Of a stretch of 64,000 nt of DNA, positions 38,173 to 47,082 are shown piece after piece. Origin of the DNA: Candidatus Nomurabacteria bacterium (GTDB lineage Bacteria > Patescibacteriota > Minisyncoccia > Phycocordibacterales > UBA918); assembly GCA_020632155.1 (NCBI GenBank), contig JACKGE010000001.1, positions 92,011 to 156,010 of the forward strand. Direction: 5' to 3'. Below the pieces are notes generated by a model, which saw only the letters and a list, made by a program, of their open reading frames with translations, did no database searches and was not told the DNA's origin. Within the stretch, counting starts at the first letter, position 1. Every line of letters begins with the position of its first letter. Position numbers and translations under genes: made by a program.

Positions 38173-38811
38173 TTACTGAACTTGTAGGTCGTAACCACCA
38201 TTAAATTGTGCGCCCATATTTTGCATCATGGTCTCCATATCCATGAAGTCAATATCAGCCGGTGGCACAAATTTACCTTGATCAACGCTCCAGATCTTGC
38301 AGTCATACCGCACGTCTTGATCTGGTGTCATTTGCCGTGCCGGCACACTGTCACCTCCAGCTGGAGTTGCTTCGTAGGTGCTGTCATCTGTCTTCATTTT
38401 TAGTGCAAAGGTTCCTTCTGCGGACTCTGACCACGTATACGAGTATTCACCATCTTGTATCATGTGCGATTCCATGACCGTGCCAGCCTGTTCCATCTCA
38501 AAGTCACCGCGCAAACGCTCGCCTGAGATATAAACCGTGCCGGCTACTGCACCGCCTGTCTCGTCGGCAACAGAGGAGAACTCACAGGTAAGATTTTTAC
38601 CGAGACCCATTAAGCTCATAAACGAGCCGAAACCTGATAGAGGTACATTGTCTTTAGTGTCAGCAGTTTGTTGACTGGCAGATGATTCAGCTTCCATACT
38701 GTCAGCGTCAGTACTCGGAGCAGACGCTGGTGCGGCCGGCCGCAGCCAGATGTAGCCTACAAGACCTACTACAATCACGCCCACAAGAAGGGCGGTTAGT
38801 TTAGTATTCAT
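38173..38811 (-). CDS. hypothetical N-terminally anchored secreted protein
   Basis: TM MNTKLTALLVGVIVVGLVGYIWL then Ala/Pro/Ser linker and globular domain. Confidence 0.55.
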   Translation of the reverse strand: MNTKLTALLVGVIVVGLVGYIWLRPAAPASAPSTDADSMEAESSASQQTADTKDNVPLSGFGSFMSLMGLGKNLTCEFSSVADETGGAVAGTVYISGERLRGDFEMEQAGTVMESHMIQDGEYSYTWSESAEGTFALKMKTDDSTYEATPAGGDSVPARQMTPDQDVRYDCKIWSVDQGKFVPPADIDFMDMETMMQNMGAQFNGGYDLQVQ

Positions 38812-38895
38812 AACCCTAGATCACTATGTATAATAAGTTCATTATACTCCCTTCCGTTTATGAGACCAGATGACGGACCGTGAGACGACGAAAAT

Positions 38896-39924
38896 ATGAA
38901 GTTCTGCATTACTATTCTCCTTTGTTTTCTAATAACATCAGTTGCCTATGGCGCGAGCGATAACGCCGGTTTTGTGGAAGGTCTGTGGTTTTCAAATGAA
39001 GTAATCATTGTCGGTGAGCCGGTGCGTATCTACGTAGCTGTTCGCAACAATACCGGCAGTGACCTCTCCGGTACGGTGGAATTTTTTGTGAACGATAAAC
39101 CTATTAGTAAAAACGAGGTTGGGGCGCTCACCGGACGCATTATCGAGACATGGGCCGACTGGACACCAACCGCTGGTACCAGTACCGTTCGCGCCGTACT
39201 CTCCGGTACACAGCTAGAGCCAGTTGGTAGCTCCTCACAACCAATCACGCTCTCCCTCACTGAATCGACGCGCACTATCTTTGCTGATATCGATACCGAC
39301 AACGATGGTATTCCAAATCAAACCGACACCGATGACGATGGTGACGGAGTGAGTGATAGCGATGAACTTGAAAACGGCACTGACCCACTTACCTACGACG
39401 AACCCGAGACAGCGACTGCAGCCAACGAAGACGAAAATGAAGTCGCTAAGACCAACACACTCACCCAAAACACATCGGGAGGTGATAGGCCAGAAGGCTT
39501 AGAGCAGTACCTAAGTGACAATCGTGCTCACAGCGCTTTTGCCGGCGTTACCGAGGTTATTAATACCACCAAGAAACAACTCGATGAGTATCGCAGTGAG
39601 CGAAGCGCCGCCTTAGAGCAGACTAATACTGAAAATGACGTAGGTGAACAAACAACTGCCACCAATACCCTTGCCAGTGAGGGTTTTGGCGCTGGTGGTT
39701 TTGGAACCATCACCCGTAGCACAACAAGTGACGCAGGTGAGAACAGTTTCTTTGCTGGACTCTTGTCACTGATCTCACACCTCTTTCATACCCTTGTCAC
39801 CTTTATACTCTTTGTTATCTCAACCATCCTTGGCCACCCCGCCTTGGTACAAGTTGGACTACTTCTCCTGATTCTCTTCACCACCTATCGCCTCGCCAAA
39901 AAGTTCGGCTCACGGAAGCAATAA
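38896..39924 (+). CDS. cell-surface protein: signal peptide, beta-sandwich domain, Ca-binding DxDxDG repeats, acidic linker, C-terminal TM anchor
   Basis: DTDNDGIPNQTDTDDDGDGVSDSDE repeats; C-terminal hydrophobic helix + KKFGSRKQ. Confidence 0.6.
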   Translation: MKFCITILLCFLITSVAYGASDNAGFVEGLWFSNEVIIVGEPVRIYVAVRNNTGSDLSGTVEFFVNDKPISKNEVGALTGRIIETWADWTPTAGTSTVRAVLSGTQLEPVGSSSQPITLSLTESTRTIFADIDTDNDGIPNQTDTDDDGDGVSDSDELENGTDPLTYDEPETATAANEDENEVAKTNTLTQNTSGGDRPEGLEQYLSDNRAHSAFAGVTEVINTTKKQLDEYRSERSAALEQTNTENDVGEQTTATNTLASEGFGAGGFGTITRSTTSDAGENSFFAGLLSLISHLFHTLVTFILFVISTILGHPALVQVGLLLLILFTTYRLAKKFGSRKQ

Positions 39925-39969
39925 AATAACTAGTGTTGCATTGAAAACCAATCCCAGTATCATACCGAT

Positions 39970-40542
39970 ATGCTATTTGGAATTGCGGGACCAACTGCCA
40001 GCGGCAAGACAACCGTGACTGATGTCCTTACTGGTGAGTACGGCGCTGCCTATATGCGCTACTCCTTGATTCTCTCCGATATCGCTACCGAGCGTGGTCT
40101 TGATCCAACCGACAAAGCAACGCTTCAAGACCTCTACGTTACCCTGCGCGAAACGCGCGGCGAAGACTGGCTGGCTAAAGAGGTACTGCAGCGAGCGCGA
40201 AACATCGACTCACAGAACATCGTCATCGAAGGCAACCGTCGTAAGGTCGACCTTGAAACCTTGAAGGCGGTGGCGAGTACGCGGGGTGAACAGCTCCTAC
40301 TCATATTTATAGATGCCTCACCAGAGACTCGCTTCGTTCGCTACAACTCTCGCCTTCTGAAACAAGGTAAACCGCGAATTGACTGGGAGGCCTTTTTGAA
40401 ATTAGAGCAGAATCCTGCCGAAGATGAGGTGCCCTTCCTGCGTGACTTTGCGAAACAACATGGGGTGTACATTGATACTGACGAATACGGTATTGAGGAA
40501 GTACAGAATCTACTGAGACAAAAAGTTGAGAAAATTTGTTGA
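39970..40542 (+). CDS. P-loop nucleoside/nucleotide kinase-like protein (dephospho-CoA kinase/adenylate kinase superfamily)
   Basis: GIAGPTASGKTTV Walker A at N-terminus; about 190 aa. Confidence 0.5.
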   Translation: MLFGIAGPTASGKTTVTDVLTGEYGAAYMRYSLILSDIATERGLDPTDKATLQDLYVTLRETRGEDWLAKEVLQRARNIDSQNIVIEGNRRKVDLETLKAVASTRGEQLLLIFIDASPETRFVRYNSRLLKQGKPRIDWEAFLKLEQNPAEDEVPFLRDFAKQHGVYIDTDEYGIEEVQNLLRQKVEKIC

Positions 40543-40618
40543 TTTTCAGACGCAGTTGCAAAAATGACTAAGTAGGAGTAAAAAGGACTATCGTCCAAAC
40601 TATTGAGAGGAAGATGCG

Positions 40619-41035
40619 ATGAGATATTTATCCGTTCTTGTGGTCGCCGGCGTAGCGTTCATCTCTAATTCTCCGAGTTTTGCGCAGGAACCAAACCAAT
40701 CGAAAGCACCGCAATTTGGCGAGTATGGGTATCGTCACCGTGACCTACACGAGCGGGGAACCATCCAGCAGCTGATGGATGTGACAGGCAAAAGCTGCTG
40801 TGATGGAGGCGATGGCGGAGAGTGCCGAGTCACGGACATCATCTGGGCCAATGGGGCGACTTTCTTCAATCACAACGGTCTTCTCTGTCCCTTCTCAATC
40901 CCAGTCAACTCGGTTAATCTCCCGCTTGGCGCCCGAGCCGTGGTTTGCGCGTCAAAAGAGCTCCATCAGGACGAGGACGGTCCTAAGGGCTGTCCGGTCG
41001 GCATCTACTGCGCCGGAGCAAGCGGCGGTTCATGA
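40619..41035 (+). CDS. secreted Cys-rich small protein (8 Cys)
   Basis: signal peptide MRYLSVLVVAGVAFISNSPSFA; higher GC. Confidence 0.55.
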   Translation: MRYLSVLVVAGVAFISNSPSFAQEPNQSKAPQFGEYGYRHRDLHERGTIQQLMDVTGKSCCDGGDGGECRVTDIIWANGATFFNHNGLLCPFSIPVNSVNLPLGARAVVCASKELHQDEDGPKGCPVGIYCAGASGGS

Positions 41036-41042
41036 AACAATA

Positions 41043-41078
41043 GGCCCCAGCGCGCGTCGTGCGCCGGGGTTTTCTTTT
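41043..41078 (+). terminator. GC hairpin + T-run (CCCCAGCGCGC-GTCG-TGCGCCGGGGTTTTCTTTTG)
   Basis: stem with one mismatch, T-rich tail. Confidence 0.55.
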
Positions 41079-41120
41079 GTCTCAAAATAAATGAGTCCAG
41101 TATTTAGAGAATATGACTCA

Positions 41121-41395
41121 AAATTAAAACGGCAGATTTACTGCCGCCGGACATGTCCTAGGTGATTAAGCTGGGTTACTGGACCGACACCCAGACCGCA
41201 CTTCCGTGACGCAGGCGACCAGCGCCTGGAGGCCCTGAAACGCGTGGTGCTCAGACTAGCTGTAAGTGGCCAATCTTCACAAAAATTCTGATTGTTAGGT
41301 GGTTCTCTTGCGAGAACGCTTCGTCGGTCCAGCAGTGCGCAGCTTAGCACTTACTGGAATAGTAGCGTGTATGAGAAAAAGCGCAAGAGTCGTAT
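41121..41395 (-). ncRNA. candidate RT-associated structured non-coding RNA (3' of RT, same strand)
   Basis: bounded by hairpin straddling RT stop and hairpin+U-run terminator (41130-41146); 10-bp inverted repeat CTGGACCGAC/GTCGGTCCAG, GCAA-loop hairpin GTTCTCGCAAGAGAAC, palindrome GGACATGTCC; no convincing ORF. Confidence 0.3.
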
Positions 41396-42133
41396 TCACT
41401 CCCGCGCTTTTTTATTCAACCGGCGCACCTGTTTTCGCCAAGCCCGGATGGACCATCTCTGGTCAGCATCGTACCCAGAGCTGTACAGCTTTTGCATGGT
41501 CTTCGTTTTTGGATCGATGCGCGTGCCGCGTATTTCGTACCCTAAAACCTCAAGCGGCTCTTCCAAGGTATTGACCCGTTTGGTCTTGCTGTCGTTAAGC
41601 ACGAAACCATATCGTCCAACAACCCTTCTTACGCTCGGACCTACACGCTTACCAATACGCTTGTCCGAAGAAAGCAGTACGTCATCCACATATCGCGTGC
41701 AGTGCAGACCCGCTGCTTCACAGTACTGTCCGAGCTCAAAGTCTAAGCCGCCAAAGCGGCAATAGATCTCAAACAGATACGGTGACGCAGGCGCACCTTG
41801 GATCAAGCCACCTTCACCCTGTTCGTGGAAGAAGTGGTCACGCGGCTCCAGCAACCTGAGGTCAATCCCAAGGCCATCTACAACTGCATGGAGTCGTTCG
41901 TACGTAACATAGTCGAACGCACTTTTGAGGTCAGTCTTGAAATAGTAGTGGTGTCCTCGCCGTGTGTGTCCGATAATGTCCAGGCCTGGGTCGTGATATT
42001 CGATAGGGCCGGCGTCTTTCAGGAACAGCGTGTGTACATCTCGAACGGCAGTGTTTGGACTGTACGCAACTCTACCGCCATCTAACGTTAATCTTTTAAA
42101 CCCCGGAGGGGTCAGATGCCTAATTTTGGCCAT
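41396..42133 (-). CDS. compact reverse transcriptase (RVT_1 only, 245 aa)
   Basis: RT motifs FKTDLKSAFDYV, QGAPASPYLFEIY, RYVDDVLL (YxDD), LNDSKTK, LGYEI; SD GGGAG-7-ATG. Confidence 0.8.
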   Translation of the reverse strand: MAKIRHLTPPGFKRLTLDGGRVAYSPNTAVRDVHTLFLKDAGPIEYHDPGLDIIGHTRRGHHYYFKTDLKSAFDYVTYERLHAVVDGLGIDLRLLEPRDHFFHEQGEGGLIQGAPASPYLFEIYCRFGGLDFELGQYCEAAGLHCTRYVDDVLLSSDKRIGKRVGPSVRRVVGRYGFVLNDSKTKRVNTLEEPLEVLGYEIRGTRIDPKTKTMQKLYSSGYDADQRWSIRAWRKQVRRLNKKARE

Positions 42134-42233
42134 TCCCTTTCTCCCAGAGTTTGGAACTAATTTAGCCTACTATACTAATTTATTAATCCTTTACAAGTAA
42201 CGAAGCGGTAACGCGCCGAGGTTTTCTTTTTTG

Positions 42234-42503
42234 CTATCGTCTGCGGTATAGATGAGCGAGAAAAATAAGAATGGACAGAGGAATGATACTTAGTGCCATG
42301 GTAAACAAAAGTTGAGGTTGTTTATGCAAGTAAGCATTCAAAAAAATATTAACTTGCAGGAACAACGATCCCCACAACATTAACAACGATACTGCGTTAG
42401 CCTCTTTGAGCTTTATAATACGAATGATCTGTGGCAGGAAAATAGCTGGTGTGATGAAACTGGCAAACACTACAACCCAATCTGAAAGTGAGATTATGTC
42501 CAT
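42234..42503 (-). CDS. small 2-3 TM membrane protein (89 aa) immediately upstream of RT
   Basis: hydrophobic helices, C-terminal RRR. Confidence 0.5.
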   Translation of the reverse strand: MDIISLSDWVVVFASFITPAIFLPQIIRIIKLKEANAVSLLMLWGSLFLQVNIFLNAYLHKQPQLLFTMALSIIPLSILIFLAHLYRRR

Positions 42504-42573
42504 ACAATCATTTTATCAGGTTCTTTTATAGTTCATCGGAATAATCCTCGGCAACTTGTCTACAGTAGCTGAC

Positions 42574-43452
42574 CTACAAACCTTTGAGGCTCAATAACAA
42601 AATTCCTGTAGTTACGATAATAAGTCCAAGGGTATTTTTGAATGTAACTTTTTCTTTTAGGAAAGTTACTCCTAAAATAAATACAAAAATAGGAGTTACC
42701 GCAGTGAGAGGAGAAGCTACTGACGCCGGAAGTATTTCAAATGCTAGCCAAAGCATCAACACTGCTAATGTGCTAAGTAAACCTGAAAGAAAGGCATATT
42801 TATGTTCAGCAAAGCGAGAGAAAAATGTTTTTAATTGACGCAGACTTTGTTTTTGCATCCTCAGGAATACGATCCCAACAGGTACTTCCGCTATAGCTAG
42901 AGCAATGAGAAATGTTCCTGCAGATGTCTGGTCAATTATGTGTTTTCCTGCAACATCAGAAATTGAGACAGCAACCGCAGCCACTAATGGCCACACAATG
43001 AGGTGAAATTGCCAGTGTGCAATCCTATCTTTTACCCACTCACGTTTTGACGGAGAACTTACTATAAGAACTCCAACGACAACCAACCCGAGCGCAATCC
43101 ATGCCCAAAATAAAAGTCTTTCTTGCAAAAATAAATATGCAAAAAATATTGTAAATATTGGGTATGTAGAAAAAAGTACACCTGTAATGATGGTGTCACC
43201 ACGAGCAGTAGCGAAGAATACGAAAGCTTCTGACAAGATAGCGCTCAGTATGGCAATCGGTAGCACATATAGAACATCGCTCCATACTCCATTGGTAAAC
43301 ATTGCAAAAGGTATCCATATCAGGACACCTGTTAAAGCATTCATCATGAAAGCCATGCTTTCAGAAAAATCTTGTAGACTGCGTCGCATAAAAATATACG
43401 ACAATGCCTGAAGCAATGCTGTTAGTAGACCAAAAATGATACCAATCGACAT
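42574..43452 (-). CDS. EamA/DMT family transporter
   Basis: 292 aa, 10 TM, duplicated EamA halves. Confidence 0.8.
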   Translation of the reverse strand: MSIGIIFGLLTALLQALSYIFMRRSLQDFSESMAFMMNALTGVLIWIPFAMFTNGVWSDVLYVLPIAILSAILSEAFVFFATARGDTIITGVLFSTYPIFTIFFAYLFLQERLLFWAWIALGLVVVGVLIVSSPSKREWVKDRIAHWQFHLIVWPLVAAVAVSISDVAGKHIIDQTSAGTFLIALAIAEVPVGIVFLRMQKQSLRQLKTFFSRFAEHKYAFLSGLLSTLAVLMLWLAFEILPASVASPLTAVTPIFVFILGVTFLKEKVTFKNTLGLIIVTTGILLLSLKGL

Positions 43453-43518
43453 GTTTCATAGTATAACAAACTTGCTATTTCAGATAATCTGAATGACAAC
43501 TACTAGAACAGTGATCAT

Positions 43519-43560
43519 ACAAAACAAAACTGCTCCCAATTGGGAGCAGTTTTGTTTTTT
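43519..43560. terminator. bidirectional terminator AAAACAAAACTGCTCCC-AATT-GGGAGCAGTTTTGTTTT downstream of rpsG
   Basis: perfect 17-bp stem. Confidence 0.7.
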
Positions 43561-43680
43561 GAGAAATTTCAGAATTGGATGCTGCGCGAGGCGCTAGCGA
43601 AAAATTATTCGAGTGGGGCAAGTGCCCAGTGAGAATAATTTTTCGCGCGGCAACAAAGCGCCGCGCCGATTCTGGGATTT

Positions 43681-44154
43681 CTACCAGGCGAAGTGGGCAA
43701 AGGCCCTGTTAGCCTCAGCCATCTTATGCGTATCCTCCTTCTTCTTCACGGCATCACCTTCGTTCTTAGCAGCAAGCATAAGCTCGTTTGCTAGTGCTTT
43801 ATGCATTGGGATGCCCTTTTGCTTGCGGGCAGCAGCAATGATCCAGCGCAGGGCCAAAGCAGTGCGGCGCTCTGGACGCACCTCACGCGGCACCTGATAG
43901 TTGGCGCCACCGACGCGACGGCTACGCACCTCCATCATTGGACCGGCGTTTTGGAGCGCCGTGTTGAATATCTCAACCGGCTCACCCCCGCCCTCCTTGG
44001 CGTTCTTAATGATATCGAAAGCAGCATACACGATCTTGCGTGCTGTCTCCTTTTGACCACGAAGCATGATGTAGTTGATAAGGCGCTCAACAGCAACCTC
44101 ACCGAACTTGATGTCAGGCGTGACTATGGGTCGTTTTTTTATTGGTCGTCTCAT
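43681..44154 (-). CDS. rpsG: 30S ribosomal protein S7
   Basis: MRRPIKKRPIVTPDIKFGEVAVERLINYIMLRGQK... Confidence 0.93.
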   Translation of the reverse strand: MRRPIKKRPIVTPDIKFGEVAVERLINYIMLRGQKETARKIVYAAFDIIKNAKEGGGEPVEIFNTALQNAGPMMEVRSRRVGGANYQVPREVRPERRTALALRWIIAAARKQKGIPMHKALANELMLAAKNEGDAVKKKEDTHKMAEANRAFAHFAW

Positions 44155-44399
44155 GACTTTAGTTATTAGTTATGAGCGAAAAAATGAGAAGTATGACACA
44201 TCATATTTTCATTCTTCGCATAATGGTCACTCTTTCGAGTACCAATCGGTATCTGTAGCGAATATAAACTATTAAGTTACTCGTTTTAAATCAGGTGGAA
44301 ATTGTTTTGTAGCGCGGCGCACAAGGAATGTGGCGCGAGCTTTATTTGGCAATAAAGTGAGTGTCACATTACCGCCGTGCAACAAAGCTACAGAACGAT

Positions 44400-44813
44400 T
44401 TACTCTGATTTAGGGCGCTTAGCGCCGTAGCGACTACGTCCCCGACGTCGCGCATCTACACCCGCTGAGTCGTACTTACCTCGTACGACGGTGTAGTTGA
44501 CACCGATGTCTTTAACACGACCGCCACGTACCAATACCACAGAGTGCTCCTGCAAGTTGTGTCCCTCACCAGGGATGTAGGCAGTGATCTCCTGACCGTT
44601 AGTAAGACGAACACGGGCGATCTTTCGAATCGCAGAGTTCGGCTTACGCGGCGTCTTGGTGGTCACACGCGTACAGACCCCACGCTTGAATGGTGAGTTG
44701 TAGCTGTTTGGACGGTTCTTGATCTTGTCAAAACCCGACTGCAGAGCAGCTGTTTTGGTCTTGGTCGCAGTGTCGCGACGCTTACGCTTGGTTAATTGAT
44801 TGATTGTTGCCAT
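44400..44813 (-). CDS. rpsL: 30S ribosomal protein S12
   Basis: [13 protein letters not shown]...[48 protein letters not shown]; internal Met of ORF starting 44858. Confidence 0.95.
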   Translation of the reverse strand: MATINQLTKRKRRDTATKTKTAALQSGFDKIKNRPNSYNSPFKRGVCTRVTTKTPRKPNSAIRKIARVRLTNGQEITAYIPGEGHNLQEHSVVLVRGGRVKDIGVNYTVVRGKYDSAGVDARRRGRSRYGAKRPKSE

Positions 44814-44858
44814 AAATAGCCCGCCTACTCTACTACATACAGCCATTTTTGCAACCAA

Positions 44859-45048
44859 AACAAAAGCCCGGCAAGACGCGGGCAGTAAGGACGGGAGGAT
44901 GGCGGGGGCACGCCATCCTCCCTATTTCGCTCACCAGCCGACTGGACGCTGTTGAGCGGGTGGAGACGCGACCTTCGAGGGAAGGGCGGTTTCAAGGCTA
45001 CGCCTCCTATCACGGCTGGGTCGGCCGAGATTCACTAACACAAACCTA
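44859..45048 (-). promoter_or_regulatory. structured rpsL 5' leader: 12-bp GC hairpin (GGGAGGATGGCG/CGCCATCCTCCC) followed by terminator-like hairpin + U-run about 40 nt before AUG
   Basis: GCCCG-CGTCTTG-CCGGGC + TTTTGTTTTGG also serves as terminator for the M50 protease gene. Confidence 0.4.
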
Positions 45049-45687
45049 CTATAATCCGCGAAGACCTGTCAAGAGCTCAAAGACCGAGAATACCAACTGC
45101 GAGAATGGCGCCCAGAAGAGGTGGATGAAGATAAAAATAAAGGCAAAGGTGACAAAAAGACCGTACCGCTCAACCCACATGGTAAGTTCACGATACTTCT
45201 GGGCAGCACCAAACGGTAGCAAAGCGACAATGATTTTTGAGCCATCAAGCGGCGGAATCGGGATGAGGTTAAAAAAGGCCAAGAGGATATTGATATACAC
45301 AATGTAGGTAGCAATATCAAAAAAGGCTGCTGGTAGGCCGAGCGGCACCGCAAACCGTATCATCATTCCAAAAATAAAGGCGATTAGTAAATTTACCGCT
45401 GGGCCGGCAGCAGCCACCTTAGCCTCACCGTACTTTTGATCAGAGAGATTGTACGGGTTATACGGGACCGGCTTAGCCCAACCAAAGAGAATGCCGGCGC
45501 TTGAGACAAACAACAAGAGTGGGATGATGACCGAACCAAGCGGATCGATATGGACAAGTGGGTTAGCCGACAAGCGACCTTGGAGGCGCGCCGTCGGGTC
45601 GCCAAGCCAGTTGGCCATATATCCATGGGCCATTTCATGCAGAACAATTGATAGTATGAGGGCAGTGAGTATAAACAGTGATTCCAT
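45049..45687 (-). CDS. site-2 protease family (M50) membrane metalloprotease
   Basis: HEMAHGYMA HExxH in TM helix, 212 aa polytopic. Confidence 0.75.
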   Translation of the reverse strand: MESLFILTALILSIVLHEMAHGYMANWLGDPTARLQGRLSANPLVHIDPLGSVIIPLLLFVSSAGILFGWAKPVPYNPYNLSDQKYGEAKVAAAGPAVNLLIAFIFGMMIRFAVPLGLPAAFFDIATYIVYINILLAFFNLIPIPPLDGSKIIVALLPFGAAQKYRELTMWVERYGLFVTFAFIFIFIHLFWAPFSQLVFSVFELLTGLRGL

Positions 45688-45763
45688 AGCCCTCCATGGT
45701 ACGCGGCTTTGCTTGCATATTCAAGGCTTTGTGGTAGGATGTCGCCACTAAATATCTATTGAT

Positions 45764-46006
45764 ATGGCAAAGCAATGTGACATCACCGGCAAAAAGACCC
45801 AGATTGGGGGCCGCTACTCTAACCGCACGCGTGCGACGCAGTTTAACCCGTGTGGCAAGACTCGCCGCCAGCCAAACCTGCAGAAGCGACGTATCTATGT
45901 ACCAGAACTTGGCAAGCACGTGATTGTGAACGTTTCTACTAAAGGCCTTCGCACTATCGCCAAGAACGGTGCCTACAAAACCCTCAAGGCAGCCAAGCTT
46001 ATCTAA
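45764..46006 (+). CDS. rpmB: 50S ribosomal protein L28
   Basis: MAKQCDITGKKTQIGGRYSNRTRATQFNPCGKTRRQPNLQKRRIYVPELGK. Confidence 0.88.
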   Translation: MAKQCDITGKKTQIGGRYSNRTRATQFNPCGKTRRQPNLQKRRIYVPELGKHVIVNVSTKGLRTIAKNGAYKTLKAAKLI

Positions 46007-46017
46007 GCTAGGTAGAC

Positions 46018-46052
46018 ACAAAAAGGCCAGTGCGTAGCGCTGGCCTTTTTGT
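46018..46052. terminator. terminator after rpmB (AAAAAGGCCAG-TGCGTAGCG-CTGGCCTTTTT)
   Basis: 6-9-bp stem, A5/T5 flanks. Confidence 0.65.
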
Positions 46053-46087
46053 GTATTCTTGTTTTGCCAGTGAATTACACGCAAACG

Positions 46088-46131
46088 CAGACCTATTAAT
46101 ACTGCGATTAATCGCAGTATTAATAGGTCTG
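46088..46131. repeat. perfect 44-bp palindrome CAGACCTATTAATACTGCGATTAATCGCAGTATTAATAGGTCTG
   Basis: self-reverse-complementary over all 44 nt; between rpmB and comEC C-terminal gene. Confidence 0.8.
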
Positions 46132-46132
46132 A

Positions 46133-47029
46133 TTATTCTAACTGGAGTGTAGTGCCATCACTCACAAAAATAATAGTCCCTTCCTCAGCTGTACTTAGTA
46201 CTTGCACCCGCTTATTAAAGAGTAGATCGGTCACTTCCATATGTGGGTGTCCATAAGAATTATCTTTGCCGGCTGAGATGATAGCGTACGTTGGCATGAC
46301 CTCATCAAGGAATAATTCCGAGGTCGAGGTGCGTGAACCATGGTGACCGACCTTAAGTACATCACTCTTAAGGTGTTCCCCTTCTGTTAAAACCAAATAC
46401 TCCTCGATACTTTTGGGAGAGTCTCCGGTAAGTAAAAATGATGTTTCACCGTAAGTAAGCTGCGCTACAATCGAGGCGGTATTACTTTCCGCCTCTGACA
46501 TATCACGGTCTGGAAAAAGTATCTCCACTGATGCGCCACCGCCAAGGTCAATTACCTGCCCGCGGCGAGCGTAGGTGACCTTGCTCCCCTCAGCTGCTAT
46601 TGCCTCGCTGACCGTCTGCCAGACCGGTGTATCACTCTCGTTTTCGGTGCGGATAACCGCGCTCACGTCGTACTGCTTGAACACCTCCGGAAAGCCGCCA
46701 ACATGGTCGGCGTCCGGATGTGTTAACAGTGCGTAGTCAAGTGCTCTATCTTTGCGATCCATAACGGCCGAAAGTTCGCGCAGTACTTGGCTATCGCGAC
46801 CACTATCAATGAGCATCTGTCCACCAGCCGGCGACTGGATAAAAATTGAATCTCCCTGTCCCACGTCTAAGAACGCCACACACAGTTGCTCACTGGGGCA
46901 ACGCGGAGCACTCACTACTTGCCCCAATAAGGTATCCGGATCGAGTCCAAGCTCCGGTAGCCAAACCGTAAGTAATCCCACCAGAAGCGCCCCTATAACA
47001 GCCAAGCGTTTTTGCACGAGTGCGTCCAT
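46133..47029 (-). CDS. ComEC C-terminal metallo-beta-lactamase domain protein (separate gene, N-terminal anchor)
   Basis: DVGQGDSIFIQSP...LLTHPDADHVGG...VGHHGSRTSTS...YGHPH. Confidence 0.75.
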   Translation of the reverse strand: MDALVQKRLAVIGALLVGLLTVWLPELGLDPDTLLGQVVSAPRCPSEQLCVAFLDVGQGDSIFIQSPAGGQMLIDSGRDSQVLRELSAVMDRKDRALDYALLTHPDADHVGGFPEVFKQYDVSAVIRTENESDTPVWQTVSEAIAAEGSKVTYARRGQVIDLGGGASVEILFPDRDMSEAESNTASIVAQLTYGETSFLLTGDSPKSIEEYLVLTEGEHLKSDVLKVGHHGSRTSTSELFLDEVMPTYAIISAGKDNSYGHPHMEVTDLLFNKRVQVLSTAEEGTIIFVSDGTTLQLE

Positions 47030-47082
47030 ACTTTCGTTTCATGATACAATCCGAAGACCTTATTGGCTAACCGACAGTAACT

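Noticed and set aside
41121-41395. Possibility that the RT-adjacent region is a DGR template repeat
   Set aside because: RT has QGxxxSP rather than the DGR-type motif 4, and no near-identical adenine-variable repeat copy was spotted in nearby gene 3' ends. Not exhaustively checked.
41292-41765. 157-aa plus-strand ORF overlapping the RT gene and its 3' region
   Set aside because: Antisense to the RT with motif-poor composition; treated as a shadow ORF, though an antisense transcript of the ncRNA region cannot be excluded.
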